Below the pieces are notes generated by a model, which ran no database searches, was not told where the DNA came from, and saw only the letters and a list, made by a program, of their open reading frames with translations. DNA of 64,000 nt, from assembly GCF_035084215.1 (NCBI RefSeq), contig NC_090346.1, forward strand, positions 10,106,001-10,170,000, in the 5' to 3' direction. The position numbers and the translations under genes were made by a program. Below are positions 38,351 to 51,988 of this stretch, piece after piece (position 1 is the first letter of the stretch; each line of letters begins with the position of its first letter). This stretch comes from Heptranchias perlo (lineage: Eukaryota).

Positions 38351-39397
38351 TCTTTTCACCATATTGAAGCATAGTGTGCTGTGCCAGGATTTCGCCTTTA
38401 ATTGATTGACACGTCAACAAATGCACCCCTTTGGAGGAATCTTTTAACATTTAAATCCCCTCCCAAATGCTATACCAATGCTGGCCATCGGGAGTAAAAC
38501 CATGGCGAGTGCTTTTGTGAATTGAATTTTAAGTAATTGTAGGCAAAATGCGCAAATTAACAAATTGATATGGGAAACCATCCAGGTCATTTTAATTTAA
38601 TCTCGGAATCACGGTTGTCATATTTTAAACTTATCCTCAGAACATATATTTAAGCTACTTTATAAAACTGGAGGAATAAAAAGAAACAGTCCCGATGTCT
38701 TGTAAATGCACTACACAGTGTGACAGGTGTGATTTTTTTTGTATTATTCATTGAATCCTTGCACCCAGAGTCGCTATGGCGACAACGGGAGAAAGTGTGA
38801 CATCTTATGTCGCTCCGTCATTGCCGCACAACTTAAAATACGCAGGCCCATAATTGGCCATAGGTGAATAAAGAAATAAGGAACCTTGTACAATGGAAGT
38901 GCTGAAGGGAAGTGTTGACAGCTGGAATAATGGCCCACATGGTTGGGACTTGTCCATAACAAAAATGCGGAGGCTCAGAGTACTTGTGGTTTCAATGCGT
39001 CCCACTCCAAGACATGCTCGAGTGTTTTATAAGGTATATAATTAGATAAGTAAGTCAGTTATCTCAGCCGATATTTAGTACATAGGTGTGATTTCTCTCA
39101 CATACTCACTCTCAGATATTCTCGCACCTTCCACTATCCAGTCAGATGTCGGGCGAGGACAGGAGTGGGGTCAGCTGTGACGCCCAACCCTCCCCCCCTC
39201 TTTTGAATAGCCTGTTGAAAGAGTTCAGGTTTACACGTGAACAGGAGTTACTTGGGTGAGGTACTGGAAGAGTGTTCAACCATCAATCCGCAAGAATCAT
39301 GAAACTTCAACGAAAGACCAAGAATTACTGTTGTATTTGTTGCTGTGCATGATGCTGAGGCCCAGAGTTTAACAATGTTCACTTGAAGCAATCTCTC

Positions 39398-39843
39398 NNN
39401 NNNNNNNNNNNNNNNNNNNNNNNNNNNNNNNNNNNNNNNNNNNNNNNNNNNNNNNNNNNNNNNNNNNNNNNNNNNNNNNNNNNNNNNNNNNNNNNNNNNN
39501 NNNNNNNNNNNNNNNNNNNNNNNNNNNNNNNNNNNNNNNNNNNNNNNNNNNNNNNNNNNNNNNNNNNNNNNNNNNNNNNNNNNNNNNNNNNNNNNNNNNN
39601 NNNNNNNNNNNNNNNNNNNNNNNNNNNNNNNNNNNNNNNNNNNNNNNNNNNNNNNNNNNNNNNNNNNNNNNNNNNNNNNNNNNNNNNNNNNNNNNNNNNN
39701 NNNNNNNNNNNNNNNNNNNNNNNNNNNNNNNNNNNNNNNNNNNNNNNNNNNNNNNNNNNNNNNNNNNNNNNNNNNNNNNNNNNNNNNNNNNNNNNNNNNN
39801 NNNNNNNNNNNNNNNNNNNNNNNNNNNNNNNNNNNNNNNNNNN
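39398..39843. other. Assembly gap (446 N), followed by a (CA)n-rich microsatellite at 39884-39961
   Basis: Run of N characters. Confidence 1.
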
Positions 39844-40959
39844 NTGCGATAGTGTAAAATGGGTGATAGCGAGTCGGCAGCTCGCACACACGCACACGTA
39901 TGCACACACACGCACACGTATACACACACATGCACACGCGTGCACAAATGCGCACACACACTGCGAACCCCTCCCAGTGTAACGTGACAGAGGTTGAATG
40001 TTTAATTGAGGTGAGTTGGTTCAAAATTTCACCTTTTACAACCAAATTAAAAGGAATCTCATCCTCAGAGGTGTATTTTGATCTAGACATCTCTTACGCA
40101 GAAGACTCTGCCGGAGATAACAGAATTTACCACAGTCTTCACAGATGCAGCTGAAAAAAAAACCCCAGAGATTTATGGAAGCTCATTGAATTTCCTTTAT
40201 GCTTTGCAGATCAGAAATACATTTTTCATGGTCTGATATGCGTAACACTTACGCTGTGAGATTAGTACACAGCATTGGAAATAATCTCACACGTCATATG
40301 TGACCTCTAGGACAAGTGCCTGAGTAAACTGCCTCCAAATAAATCAACCCTCTCCACGTTGCTTAGCAATTCACCTACTTATTCATTAAAGTGCCCTCCT
40401 CTTTCATTCATTTCTCTCAGTCCTGCCACTTCACTTTTTTATTCCTTTCCTCATATACATTCTTAGGAATGTCTCTTATTTGCCTGTTCTTTCATTTTTT
40501 TTTCACTTCATCATTTTCAATCATTTCTCCATTTTGGTCAAGTTTTGTTCAATTTGCCTTGCTCCTCTGCCAATTTCCGTTATTTCTTGTCCTTCCACTT
40601 TTCTATCTTTTTCTCTTTGTACTAATATTTAATTTCAAATTCCCTCATTGTTCCTCCCCACCCCCATTCATCCCCATATTGCAGGTATAGGGCAGCAACA
40701 TTCCAAGGTACCTGACAAAGTAGTTACACAACATGGTAGATTACGAAACATAAGCAGCACTCCAGGAGATTGGGGGCAAAATTCCTTCTTTTACCAAAAA
40801 AGAGGAGAATGCCTATTTTTCTCTGGACTTAAAAACCTTCCAACTAAATCACATTTAGGCATTGCAACTTTCCAGACTGCGTTTTTCCACCATTTTGTTA
40901 GCGGGCTGTCAATAAACAAGGAGATCCAGGCGCTCTCCCTTCTTTCGTTAAGTTTCTCC

Positions 40960-41325
40960 CATGTGAAGAGCTCTGAGATAAAGTGAAGAGCAACTGAAGA
41001 ATAAACAGGGTGTTTACATGAGGGGTTTTCATACAGTAAATAAGGAGCAACTGTTTCCACTGGCAGGAGGGTTGATAAATAGAAGACACGGATTTAAGAT
41101 CATTTTCAAAAGAACCAGGGGGGAGATGAGGAGAATTTTTTTTACGCAGTGAGTTGTTGTGATTTGGAATGTACTGCCTATAAAGGTGGTGGAAGCAGAT
41201 TGTAACTTTCAAAAGGGACTTGGATATATACTTGTAAAGGAAAAATTTGCAGGGCCATGGGGAAAGAGCGGGGGATTGGGACTAATTGGATAGCTCTTTC
41301 AAAGAGCCGGCATAGACACGATTGG
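40960..41325 (+). mobile_element. CR1 3' end fragment
   Basis: Similar to 19268-19715 (tttttttacgcagtgagttg...gggactaattggatagctctttcaaagagccggca). Confidence 0.75.
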
Positions 41326-43429
41326 CCCTGTTCTTTTTTGCCTCTCCCAGAAAATTACAGGCTATGAGGGAGAGGAGGGTGGGGGTGCGGGGAATAGGAG
41401 GTCTCTAGTCACAATACACAGACATCATGGGTGTGGGGCAGGTTTGATGGACCAGATGGTCTTTCCTTTTTCATTTTTGCATGTTCATATGTTCAGCTAC
41501 AAACCCTAATCCACAGCGATATGTATAAGATCAAGGCATTCTGACTTGCTCAATAATTCCCTAAGGTCATTGCCTATAATGTTTAATTTCTTCCAGTTCC
41601 TCTGAAGACCGTTTATTTATATTGCAAAGAGTAGTTTCCTAATGCAACATGATTTGGGTGGGTTGTTGCACAGAATCTGTTTCAGCTCTTTGGGAAAATA
41701 TTTAACATATTCTCTGAAGCTCTGAGACTTAATGAACTAGCTAGCTTTAGTTATTTTACCTCCCAGCAATTGATAATTATATACACAGTACAGATCCCCA
41801 AACCCTCCAGTTCTTGTGCAACACAGCTTTACAAGAGGCATATTAAAATGTTATCATATTCTCACAGGAGAGACCAGGCTTATGTCTGAATGCGTAATCG
41901 TTATTTTCAAGATGATTGTCGTGTGCCAAATATTTGCAGTGCATTTAACAAACATTAGTTTCTAGCAAACATCAGACTCGTGCAATGACATTAAGCAGGC
42001 AGCATGAGGCACTTGATAGGAAAGATGCTTTTTTTATGTCTGCATCCTGTCACGCCATGAGCATTCAAGTGGCGATCGACAATATGCTTGGGAAGCAGCT
42101 GTCTGGAGGAGGCATGTCTATAATGCAAATGTTCAGATGTCTGCAGCTCTTTGTTGCTGTATCTAAGGCTGCAGCTATAATTGCACTGTTTGCATGAATG
42201 CACGGCAGTTTCGGGCGCATATTGATATGAAAATGGAAGGGCAGCTCGGGGGAGTCAGATCAGTCACTTGACACCCAAATGTGAGTTGCGAGCACACTCG
42301 CCCGGTAGGAACTCTCAGACTGCTTGGGCTTTACGCCAAGTGTGGTATATCTGCGATCCAGTCTGGGGAGTAGAGCTCTACGCATGTGAAAGAGCTTGCA
42401 TTTATACAGGGCCTTTTCACAACCTCAGGGCGTCCCAAGGTGCTTCATAGCCAATAGAAAGAAAGATTTGCATTTATACAGCGCCTTTCACGGCCCCAGG
42501 ATGTCTCAGAGTGCTCTACAGCTCATGAAGTACTTTTTGAAGTGTAGTCACTGTTGTATGTGTCACTTATCTCTATACCAGGTGCAGTGAGATGCAGCTG
42601 GCAGAATACCTTGGGTCTGCTGGTTATGCATTATGCAATGGAGATAAAATGAACCAGACAAAAAAATGGTACAAGAGGTTAACAGGCAGAGAAATTACTT
42701 GGGGCTAACAGCAAACACATGCTTAACACATTCATATGACATTCCACTGTCTGGTATTTTAACAGAGGCATTAACCATTTCTCTTAATTGTGCTAAATCT
42801 TTCATTAGAATATCAGACAGAGTAACGTCACACAAATGTGTGAGACGTTGGTCGTTATTGTCTCCAACACTCATTTCTATCCAATGTGAATAAGTGCACA
42901 AAGGTTTTGGTAGGTTGTTTTTTTGTAACTTTGAATTTCCCCTTGCTCTCTCTCACCCAGGAAAATTAAAATGAGACGTTCCCCCTGATTTTCAACTGGA
43001 TCAAAATTTTTATTTACATAAAACTGGAAAATTCCTGAGAGACTTCAAAAGAAAGAGCCCCAAAAAAACAGCAGCTCTGTCCCAATTTTATGGAGCACTT
43101 TGTCCTTATTCCCAAATGTTGATTCTCGCCTGTCCCGAAGTGGGCCTGTTTGTGAATGGTTGTCAACAGACAGCCTCCACTTCAAAGTAACAAGGGAAAG
43201 AATTAGCATCAGGCCAAGTGATTTTGCTACCATGTACAAGCTTAGCTACCAGGAATACAGTCATTGAAAAATCTCAAGTGTCAGGAATATTTAAAGCAGA
43301 GGCCCAGAAACAAGTAGGAACATGAAGCAGGTCGGACGATTTCCTCTGTGCACTGTGCGTAGCAGAATCATAAACTTGTTTATAAAGGAGAGGTTTACAA
43401 TGTTGTGACCTGTAAGAAATTTTCCGCGG

Positions 43430-44043
43430 GTGCTATTTCCTTTTCTACTTCTTCCAGCTAACAGTAGACAGATATAACAGTTAATTCGATGCTCCCAGCA
43501 GCGGGGGAGCTGCACTCAAAGGGAGCACACGTCGGAGATAGGCCTACGGCATTGTAACCCCAGTTCTCCAACCTGTGCTCCCTGCCGGTCCAGCTCCCCA
43601 CTGGGAACTTGGAATTAGCCGTATAATTGACGTGAGTAAACGCCAAGTTGATTAATAAAACTTTCCATTTCCCCCCCGATTTCCGGCCGCTGAACGGCCT
43701 CCTAAGACTCCTACATGGCAGGAAGTGCACGCTTGTTACGAGCCGGAAGTGCGGCGCCCGCCATATTAGTAAAGACCCAAAAAATTGGCATGCCGTGCCC
43801 ATGCCTGAAACAGGCATTAGGCCCTTTGCATATGCAAATAAGAGGCCTAACAACTGTTTGAGGCCCCCACTGCAAGATTGGTTTGCCATGAGGCAGCCAG
43901 CTGCACTTAGGAAAACCAGGTCTACATGCGGCCTAACTGGCGGTCCTTAAAGGGACCACTACAAGCCGCAACAAACAAGGTGGGATTTTAAAATATACTT
44001 ACCTGAATGTGGAGCCGGGTGGAGCAGCCCGAATTTCTAGGCC
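43430..44043. mobile_element. GC-rich MITE-like repeat (probably Harbinger-derived); boundaries approximate
   Basis: Shares ggtccttaaagggacc and aatgtggagcc motifs with 33200-35250 and ends in aatttctaggcc. Confidence 0.5.
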
Positions 44044-44104
44044 TATATTCTTGCACTACAGCAAAATTTAGTCTTTATTCTGAGTTAGTCATGTAGCAAG
44101 GGCA

Positions 44105-44155
<51 letters not shown>

Positions 44156-44199
44156 AGCCCCTGTGCAAGGATGACACTCAAATTCGTGAAGCGTTCCAT
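44105..44199 (+). pseudogene. RNU6: U6 snRNA retropseudogene (tailless)
   Basis: Matches U6 from nt 7 to ...GCGTTCCAT, including the ACAGAGA box, with 3 substitutions; flanked by the direct repeat catgtagcaagggcagc; no PSE/TATA or T-run terminator seen. Confidence 0.95.
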
Positions 44200-44354
44200 G
44201 TAGCAAGGGCAGCAGTGCACTGACAGAGATACCATGTTGATAGTCCCTTGAGGATAAGGTCCTCGATCTAAGGCTGGCTCTGATCATACATCAAGGCATT
44301 GTTTACTAAAAGCAAGATTGTGCATACTCTCCAACAATTTTTAATATCCCACAA

Positions 44355-44800
44355 AGACTTGTGTTTATATATAGCGCCTTTCACGACCTCAGGACATCCC
44401 AAAGTGCTTCACACCCAATGAAGTAGTTTTGAAGTGTAGTCACTGTTGTAATGTAGAAAACTCGACAGCCAATTTGCGCACAGCAAGATCCCACAAACTG
44501 CAATATGATAATGATCAGATAATCTGTTTTAGTGATGTTGGGTTGAGGGATAAATATTGTCCAGGACACTGGGGCGAACTCCCCTGCTCGTCTTCGAAAT
44601 AGTGTTGCGTGGGATCTTTTACATCCAACCGAGAGGGCAGACGGGACTCGGCTTAACGTCCCATCCGAAAGACGGGCTCCTCCGACAGTGCAGCACTCCC
44701 TCAGTACTGCACTGGAGTGTCAGCCTAGATTTTGCGCTCAAGTCTCTGGAGTGGGACTTGAACCCACCACCTTCTGCTCAGTCACTGAGCTACGGCTGAC
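44355..44800 (-). mobile_element. Near full-length SacSINE1-like Deu-SINE
   Basis: tRNA head at 44800-44750, Deu core and L2-like tail. Further copies at about 42393-42560, 45360-45930, 51035-51430, 53290-53720, 58412-58880, 62545-62790. Confidence 0.9.
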
Positions 44801-47800
44801 ACATAATGGCAGGTAAGTGGCTGGAGCCACAATAATAAACATAGTTTCCTCAATTATACTTTTAATTTAAAAATACGACCTAGGGTTTAGATGACAGTGT
44901 GATGGTAAGTCCTGTAAAAGTGGTGTCTATGGTGTTAATAAGTGTGGGTTGTCATTTAGTTTGACTGTACTTTTTTGAAGTCCCTTGATTGTTTTCTTGA
45001 GTTTTACTGATGTTCAAAATAAAACAATTCATCTGGGCTTTTTTTGGGCTCCAATATTTTTCCACTGATTTTCTTCTTTTCTTACGCTAAAAATAAAACA
45101 TTAAAAAAACTGGGTTTTGAAATTGGCAATAAAAAGTGACTTTAACCATCGTTAATTAAAACCTTACCTGCCCCGTTTGATCTCAGGAGACCGGATGATG
45201 ATTGACAGATAATTTTCAACACAGCTATCCAGAAGGAGAAACTTCCTAAAGTGCCCATTGATAGACTGATTATCAGGAAGGACTTTGATCAACCTTCATT
45301 GCTTTGCAGTTAAAATGTATTAACATATTAAGGCCATCTAGATTCTTTCTGACTCTATTGTCAGAGGTGTGGTCTTTCAGATGACATGTTTAACCCTCTC
45401 GAGTGGATGTAAAAGATCCCATGGCTCTATTTGAAGAAGAACAGTGGAGTTCTCCCCAATTTTTTTCACTCCATCGTTGGCGGCCGTGCCTTCAGCTGTT
45501 TAGGAATTCTGGAATTCCCTCCCCAAACCTCTCTGTCTCTCTACCTCTCTCTCCTCCTTTAAGATGCTCCTAAAAATCTACCCCTTTGACTAAGCTTTTA
45601 GTCACCTGTCCTGATATCTCCTTATGTGGCTCAGTGGTAATTTTTGTCTGATAACGCTCCTGTGAAGCGACTTGGGCTGTTTAATTACATTAAAGGCCCT
45701 ATATAAATGCAAGTTGTTCTTGTTGTTCTGGCTAACATTTATCACCAAAAGAAACAGAATATTTGGTCATTTATCTCATTGCAGTTTGTGGGACCTTGCT
45801 GTGTGCAAATTGGTTGCTGTATTTGCCTACATTACAACAGTGACGACACTTCAGAAGTAATTCATTGGCCGTGAAGCGCTTTGGGATGTCATGAGGTGGT
45901 GAAAGGCCCTATAAAAATGCTAGTTCTTTCTTTACATAATATTGGAGCTCAATGTGCCTATTTCTCAGGTGGTTCATGGCCAGGAATCGTCTCTCTTTTT
46001 CACATAGTCACAGATAGATTCATATGGAGAAAACCCTTCAGCTAATTTACCATTTTCAGTTTTAATCAAGCTAATACCATAATAGATTGAAAGTGTTCCT
46101 GGTCTCAGTAATGTAATTGTGAATGTACTTCAACTTGTTCTCCATTACCTGCAGTGAGTGTTTAAATCATTGCCTTCAAAAGACAAAAGGTCAAACTGTA
46201 ACAATTCATTATTCAGATGGCTGTTCTTTCTCCCTCCAGTTCTCTCTGCTTCTCTCTTGTATAATTCCCACGTGATCATTCTTCACGTGTGACTGCGGAC
46301 AGTAGGAGTTTTAAAGTGAGCCTGATCCTGCCCTCAATTGATAGCCATACACGCACACTTCCCAGCAAGGGTCAGGAATGAAAACGGTGACTAACTTTTC
46401 CCCCTCCTTAGCAAATGGACGCTACGGTCAACTTAGAGCCTCTAAACATCATCTTAGCTAAGATCAGCCAACTAAACACACACTGGAATTGACCCTGTGG
46501 CCTTTGTTATTTGTAGGTCTCAGTTTCAATCTAGGCAGTGCAGATATCAACAGAGCCATTATGAGACTTCCTAGGCTCTTGGCTAACCCTCAATTCCCTA
46601 GGACAGTATATACATGCATAATGCTCCTACAAGTGAACCTAATGGATTACGACCAGAAGTTGTGCCTTTTCATTATGTCGTTTCTCCAGGGTTTCCACTG
46701 ACCTTCCACTGAAGTTATGGCAGGAGGTCTGGTCAAACCCAATGGAAATTCCAGGCATTGGTCTTTCCCTATTCACTGTATCAAAACTCTCCATAATTTT
46801 AAAAACCTCTATTAAATCTCCTCTTAGCCTCCTGTGCTCCAGTGTAAATAATACCTCAAGTGTCCCCATATAACTATAGTTAAACTCATCCCTGGCATCA
46901 CCCTGGCAAATTTACGCTATTCTTGTCTTGATATAGGCTGTGAAGTACCAGCATAAAAAGTCAACCCACTCATCCTGAAGTTCCTTCCTGCATTATTTTA
47001 TTCGAGGCATTAACATGTTTAGAATAAATAGATCAACACCTCTGCTAAACCTGCAGAGAGACGGATTTCAGGTAAGCATGTTAAGTGTTTGTACGTTAAT
47101 ATCCCACTGTACAATTTCAAGGCCATTATTTTTAGGGCACCCAATAATGCAGCATTAAATAATAAAGGAAAAAACAACTAGATTTGTTATGGTTGTTATG
47201 GTTCACATTCAGCAGCCCATTGCCAGCCTACAATCTCCATTTTGCAAACTGACAGACATCGCTAGTCCGAGTCTAACTGATTACTTATTTGAAACATTGA
47301 CGCTTAAGGGGACACTTCTAAATACTCACATTCAACCAATATACCATTACAAAGCTAACATATATTTTTGTCTGCAGAGCTTCAGTCTATTTACGTGTTA
47401 CCAGACAAGCACGGTGGATTCAGGAAATTCTGCTTTGTACATTATGTAGATATTAGCCATTTAAATTAACAACCATCATTTGAACTATTTTAAACTCATA
47501 CCTGCACATCTGCAACAACACAGCTCTAAAGTATTGGATGGTATATGAATGTGTGCAGTGTTATGACACTGTTTGGCAGGAAGATCACTCAGACTAAACT
47601 GTCAAGTGTTGCTGTGATTTATTAGTACTCAGTGAGTTACAATGATTTTTAGCTTAAGAGACTGCGCAAGGAATGCTCAAATAGATTGAAGTGCTAACAT
47701 GAAAGTGTTGTAAACACTTGATTAGCTCCTGTCCAGGAAAGGCAAGGGACTCTTGGCCAGCAAATGAACGCCACATTATTCCAATTATGGGTTGACTATA

Positions 47801-49159
47801 TTTAAACGGAAAGGCTAGCAGCATGGAGAAGGGTTTAATGTGCCCTTCAAATCAATTGAACATGCAAAAGATGCCAGAATTCAATCTTCCCCCTACTCCT
47901 TCCAAGAAGAGGAACTTTTGTTTGAATTTGTTCCCAACAGAGGGAACATAGGAACAGGAGTAGGTCATTCAGCCCCTCGAGCCTGTTCAGCCATTCAATT
48001 CGATCATGGCTGATCTATATCTTAACTCCTTCTACTCTCCTTAGTTCCTTAATACCCTTCCCTAACAAAAACCTATCAATCTCAGTTTTGAAATTTTCAA
48101 TTGACCCCCAGCCTCAACAACTCTTTTCTGGGGAGAGAGTTCCAGATTTCCACTACCCTTTGTGTGAAGAAGTGCTTCCTGACATCACCCCTAAATGGCC
48201 TAGTTCTAATTTTAAGGTTGAGGAGAGATATTGATGCTGGCAATTAAATATTTTCTACTTCTGGTGTCCACGTAGCTAGTGTCAGCACCAAATACTTCCA
48301 GGTTAGATACAGCAGGGGTGAGATTCAGGGTAAGGCTCCCTCTCTATTGCCCAGCAATGCACCTCGACCTCAGCTTCAATAGATTGAAGAAATAAGGGCA
48401 GAGAACAAGGTTGCCGTGTGAGAGGCATCGATAGGAGACGCTCTACAATAGTAGAATACATTGGCCTAGAAATTAGATTAGGTGAACCTCAGCGAGTGAA
48501 TACTTAATGCGTTCCAACACGATTTCTTCATCTGTTATCGTAACTGAGGCGTTAACACATTTAAAATAAATAGGTTATCAGCTCTCCCGCATTCCCCTCT
48601 TCAATGGAGGACCAGATCATATACCCTTCACCCTCCTCCTCTTTGCCTTAGCCATAGAATTCACCAATCCTGTGTTCCCAGAATAACCTTCACTTGAAAG
48701 GTTGAGTATATTCAAGACTGAGATCGATAGATTTTTGGACTCCAGGGGAATCAAGGGATCTGGGGATCCAGCGGGAAAGTGGAGTTGAGGTTGAAGGTCA
48801 GCCATGATGTAATTTAATGGCAGAGCAGGCTCGAGGGGCCATGTGGCCTACTCCTGCTCCTATTTCTTATGTTCTTGTGTTCTTATGAAACGAGCATGTG
48901 GTCAGAGAATCAGCACAGTGCAATGGCCCTGTCTCTCCCACATCTTCCCTTTGAGTGCATCACCCCACTGGGACCAGTGATCTTACCCATGCATTCCTAG
49001 TTTGTTTTAGAATCGATAGTTGGACTTTAACCAGATTTAGGTAGGAGGGATAGTTAGTTGGCTTCATTAAACTGCAAAGCTAAGGTAGCCCGTGACCTCA
49101 GAGGCAGCTGCCCTTAGCTTGTGCCTGGGATGTACTGAAGTAATGACACTACTCCATGA

Positions 49160-50360
49160 GATCATAGAATCATAGAAAGTTACGGCACAGAAGGAGGCCT
49201 TTTGGCCCATCATGTCCATGCCAGCCGAAAAAGACAGTTTAATCCCACTTTGCAGCACTTGGTCCGTAGCCCTGTAGGTTACAGCACTTCAAGTGCACCT
49301 TCAAGTACTTTTTAAATGAGTTGAGGGTTTCTGCCTCTACCACCCTTACAGGCAGTGAGTTCCAGACCCCCACCACCCTCTGGGTGAAAAAAATTTTCCT
49401 CAGCTCCCCTCTAATCCTTTGTAAGCGAGGAAAATCTGGAAGGTAAAACAGAACTAACAGACTCAGGTGTTACCCAGATCAATAGTTTATTACGAGTGCA
49501 CACGGGCGAACAATCTCAGCCATCCCAGCTGGAGACCTCGTTCTCAAAGGAAAAGTGGCAATACAACTTAGTTTATACAGTTTATTAGATAACACCCACT
49601 AATTACTAATGGGGGTGTATACATGGTAATATTGATACATCATTGGTTTATAGGGTTAATCAATCAACTACTAGGCCTGCCCTTTGAACTCGAATACCCC
49701 CTGTGAGAAGCTTATGGGCTGCAGAGGCTTCACTCTAACTTCGCATTCTTGAGCTATCTCTTACTCTTGTTATCACTATAGGGAGGGATCTTCAGCAGGA
49801 ACATGGCCTGCTTGACTACAAAGCTCTATTGAATTATGCAGCCAACTGACTCCTTTCCCAGACCATCAGCAGGTGTTTTATCAATACACCTTTATACTCT
49901 TATCACTTCTCAGGAACAGACCCCTTCTAAACATTCCTTAAGTAAAGCTTGGAATGTCCTTGGTCAGCTAAACCTATCTATGTTAGTTTGAAAAGGGCTA
50001 ACATGGTCAAGTATCCCATGGTGCTTTGTGTTTTGTTTCCAGCCTAACAAGACTGAATGGTACCTTTCAGACCGTTTTATACTGGCGAATTGGGGCCCAC
50101 CGCTTTATATCCCTTCATCCAAATTTTATCCCTACATCCTTCTACCAATTACTTTAAATGTATACCCCCTGGGCACTGACCCCCCTGCTAAGGGAAATAG
50201 GTCCTCCCTATCCATTCTATTTAGCCCCGTCATAATTTTATATAACTCAATTAAATCTCCCCTCAGCCTCCTTTGTTCCAAAGAAAATATCCCCAGCCTA
50301 TCCAAACTTTTCTCATGGCTAAAATTCTCCAGCCCTGGCAACATCCTCGTAAATCTCCTG
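49160..50360 (-). mobile_element. CR1 3' fragment split by a solo LTR
   Basis: ORF 50132-50344 reads LGIFSLEQRRLRGDLIELYKIM; sequence continues at 49419-49160 to the ttctatga tail. Confidence 0.85.
49420..50136 (-). mobile_element. Solo LTR, 717 bp (ERV or LTR retrotransposon)
   Basis: TG...CA termini with imperfect terminal inverted repeat; 5-bp TSD tcctt (49415-49419, 50137-50141); minus-strand CCAAT (49642-49646), TATAAA (49572-49577) and AATAAA (49486-49491) in U3-R-U5 order. Confidence 0.88.
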
Positions 50361-51699
50361 TGTATTGAGGAGATAGTGACACCTCTCCATTGTAACCCAA
50401 CTCTACCAACTGTTGTATATTATCCAATCCATTGACTACTGAACTTTATATCTGTATTGACTTTCATAATTAACTGAATCATTTAATGGCAACATTTAAT
50501 CAGTTCCAAAGCTCTATCGTTATTGTAATTTTGTTTCGCCCGTTCTAGCAAGTTCTGAACAGTATTGGGTCTTTTGCCTCCAATCTTCAAAATGGACTCA
50601 GGCTATTATGACGTGAAATTAAACTCTTCTTTGTGTTGCTGGTGTTCACTTGGATTCGGATTGTTGTCAGAGAATTTATGAAGCAGGGTCATTTTCAGAG
50701 AGCGCTGTCTGTAAAATGAAAAGCTGTAACAGTGAACTGTAGGCAGTTGTTCTATTTACTGAACAACTGCAGACGCTGTTTGCGGGATTTAATCACAACA
50801 GCAACAACTTGCATTTATATAGCGCCTTTAATGTAGTAAAATGTCCCAAGGCGCTTCACAGGAGCGATTATCAAACAAAATTTGACAAAATATGAGAAGG
50901 TGATGGTGAAATTCCTAGATTGACTTTATTTTGTCACTTCAAGTGCTGGTTGCCAAAATCAGGGCTGTCTTATATGTTTATCAAATAAGTGATGCAAGGC
51001 ATTAATTTAAAAACCCTTCTCCAGAAGAGACTCATCCCACTCCAGAGATTTGAGCACAAAATCTAAGCTGACACTCCAGTGCAGTACCGAGGGAATGCTG
51101 CACTGTCGGAGGTGATGTCCTTTAGATGACACGTTAAACCGAGGCCCCATCTGCCCTCTCAGGTGGACATAAACGATCCCATGGCCGCTATTTCAAAGAA
51201 GAGCAGGGGAATTCTCCCTGGTGTCCAGGCCAATATTTATCCCTTAACCAACCTCACTGAAACAGATTATCTGGTCATTATCACATTGCTGTTTGTGGGA
51301 CCTTGCTGTGCGCAAATTGGCTGCCACATTTCCTACATTACAACAATGACTATACTTCAAAAGTACTTAATTGGCTGTAACGTGCTTTGGGATGTCCTGA
51401 GGTCCTGAAGGATGCTATATAAATGCAATTCTTTTTGGTAGGGATCTGAAACAAGTTAATCTGCGACTTCTTAATTCCAGTTTCTGCCTGAATCTAAAGG
51501 ACTTCCAGAATGTTCCAGAATGCAGGCTGCTGTTCCATGCTCCCCCACTGCTGACATTTCCTACTCTGAAATCGCTTCCAGCTGGTTTTACCACATTTTT
51601 TCTTTCCTTTGAGCCGGGGGCGATTTTTTTTGTTTGAAATTAGTTTTATTTTTCCTGTTGGATCATGAACAATGGCCATCTGGAGACTGAACACACCAA

Positions 51700-51988
51700 G
51701 TTCTAGGCTGGTTACAGCAACTCGAAGAGCAACAATCTGATTGTTTTGATCCAAAGCAAAGAGTTTTTTTTTGTGCAAAGAAGATCCCTCAAGTCGCTTG
51801 TAGATGCAAACAGAAATAGAAAGCAGCTTGACCTGTGCTCGACTGTGTCATCTGAAGAGTCGAGGCAGAGACCGGGAACGCAGAGTGGAGGAATTCACTG
51901 TGTGCTGAGTGGATGCAAGGAAACCTGTTCAAAACAACTGGAGCAGCCACACTGAAGAGGAAAAAAAATATTAGTAGCAAGTCCTCGG
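51700..51988 (+). other. Probable non-coding 5' UTR exon of the C1QTNF8-like gene (start uncertain)
   Basis: Repeat-free sequence ending in a strong donor TCGG|GTAAGT; the downstream coding exon has an acceptor before its ATG, so an upstream exon is required. Confidence 0.45.

Noticed and set aside
39248-40090. Long ORFs containing X residues
   Set aside because: Artefacts of the N gap and the CA microsatellite
44105-44199. Functional U6 snRNA gene
   Set aside because: Lacks the first 6 nt and the T-run terminator, has substitutions, and is flanked by a target duplication
44730-44800. tRNA gene (also heads at about 28470, 37960 and 58415)
   Set aside because: A/B boxes belong to SINE heads that are continuous with Deu-SINE bodies
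47040-47076. Alternative upstream exon donor (CAG|GTAAGC; also about 44811)
   Set aside because: Isolated donor-like motifs with no other support without RNA data
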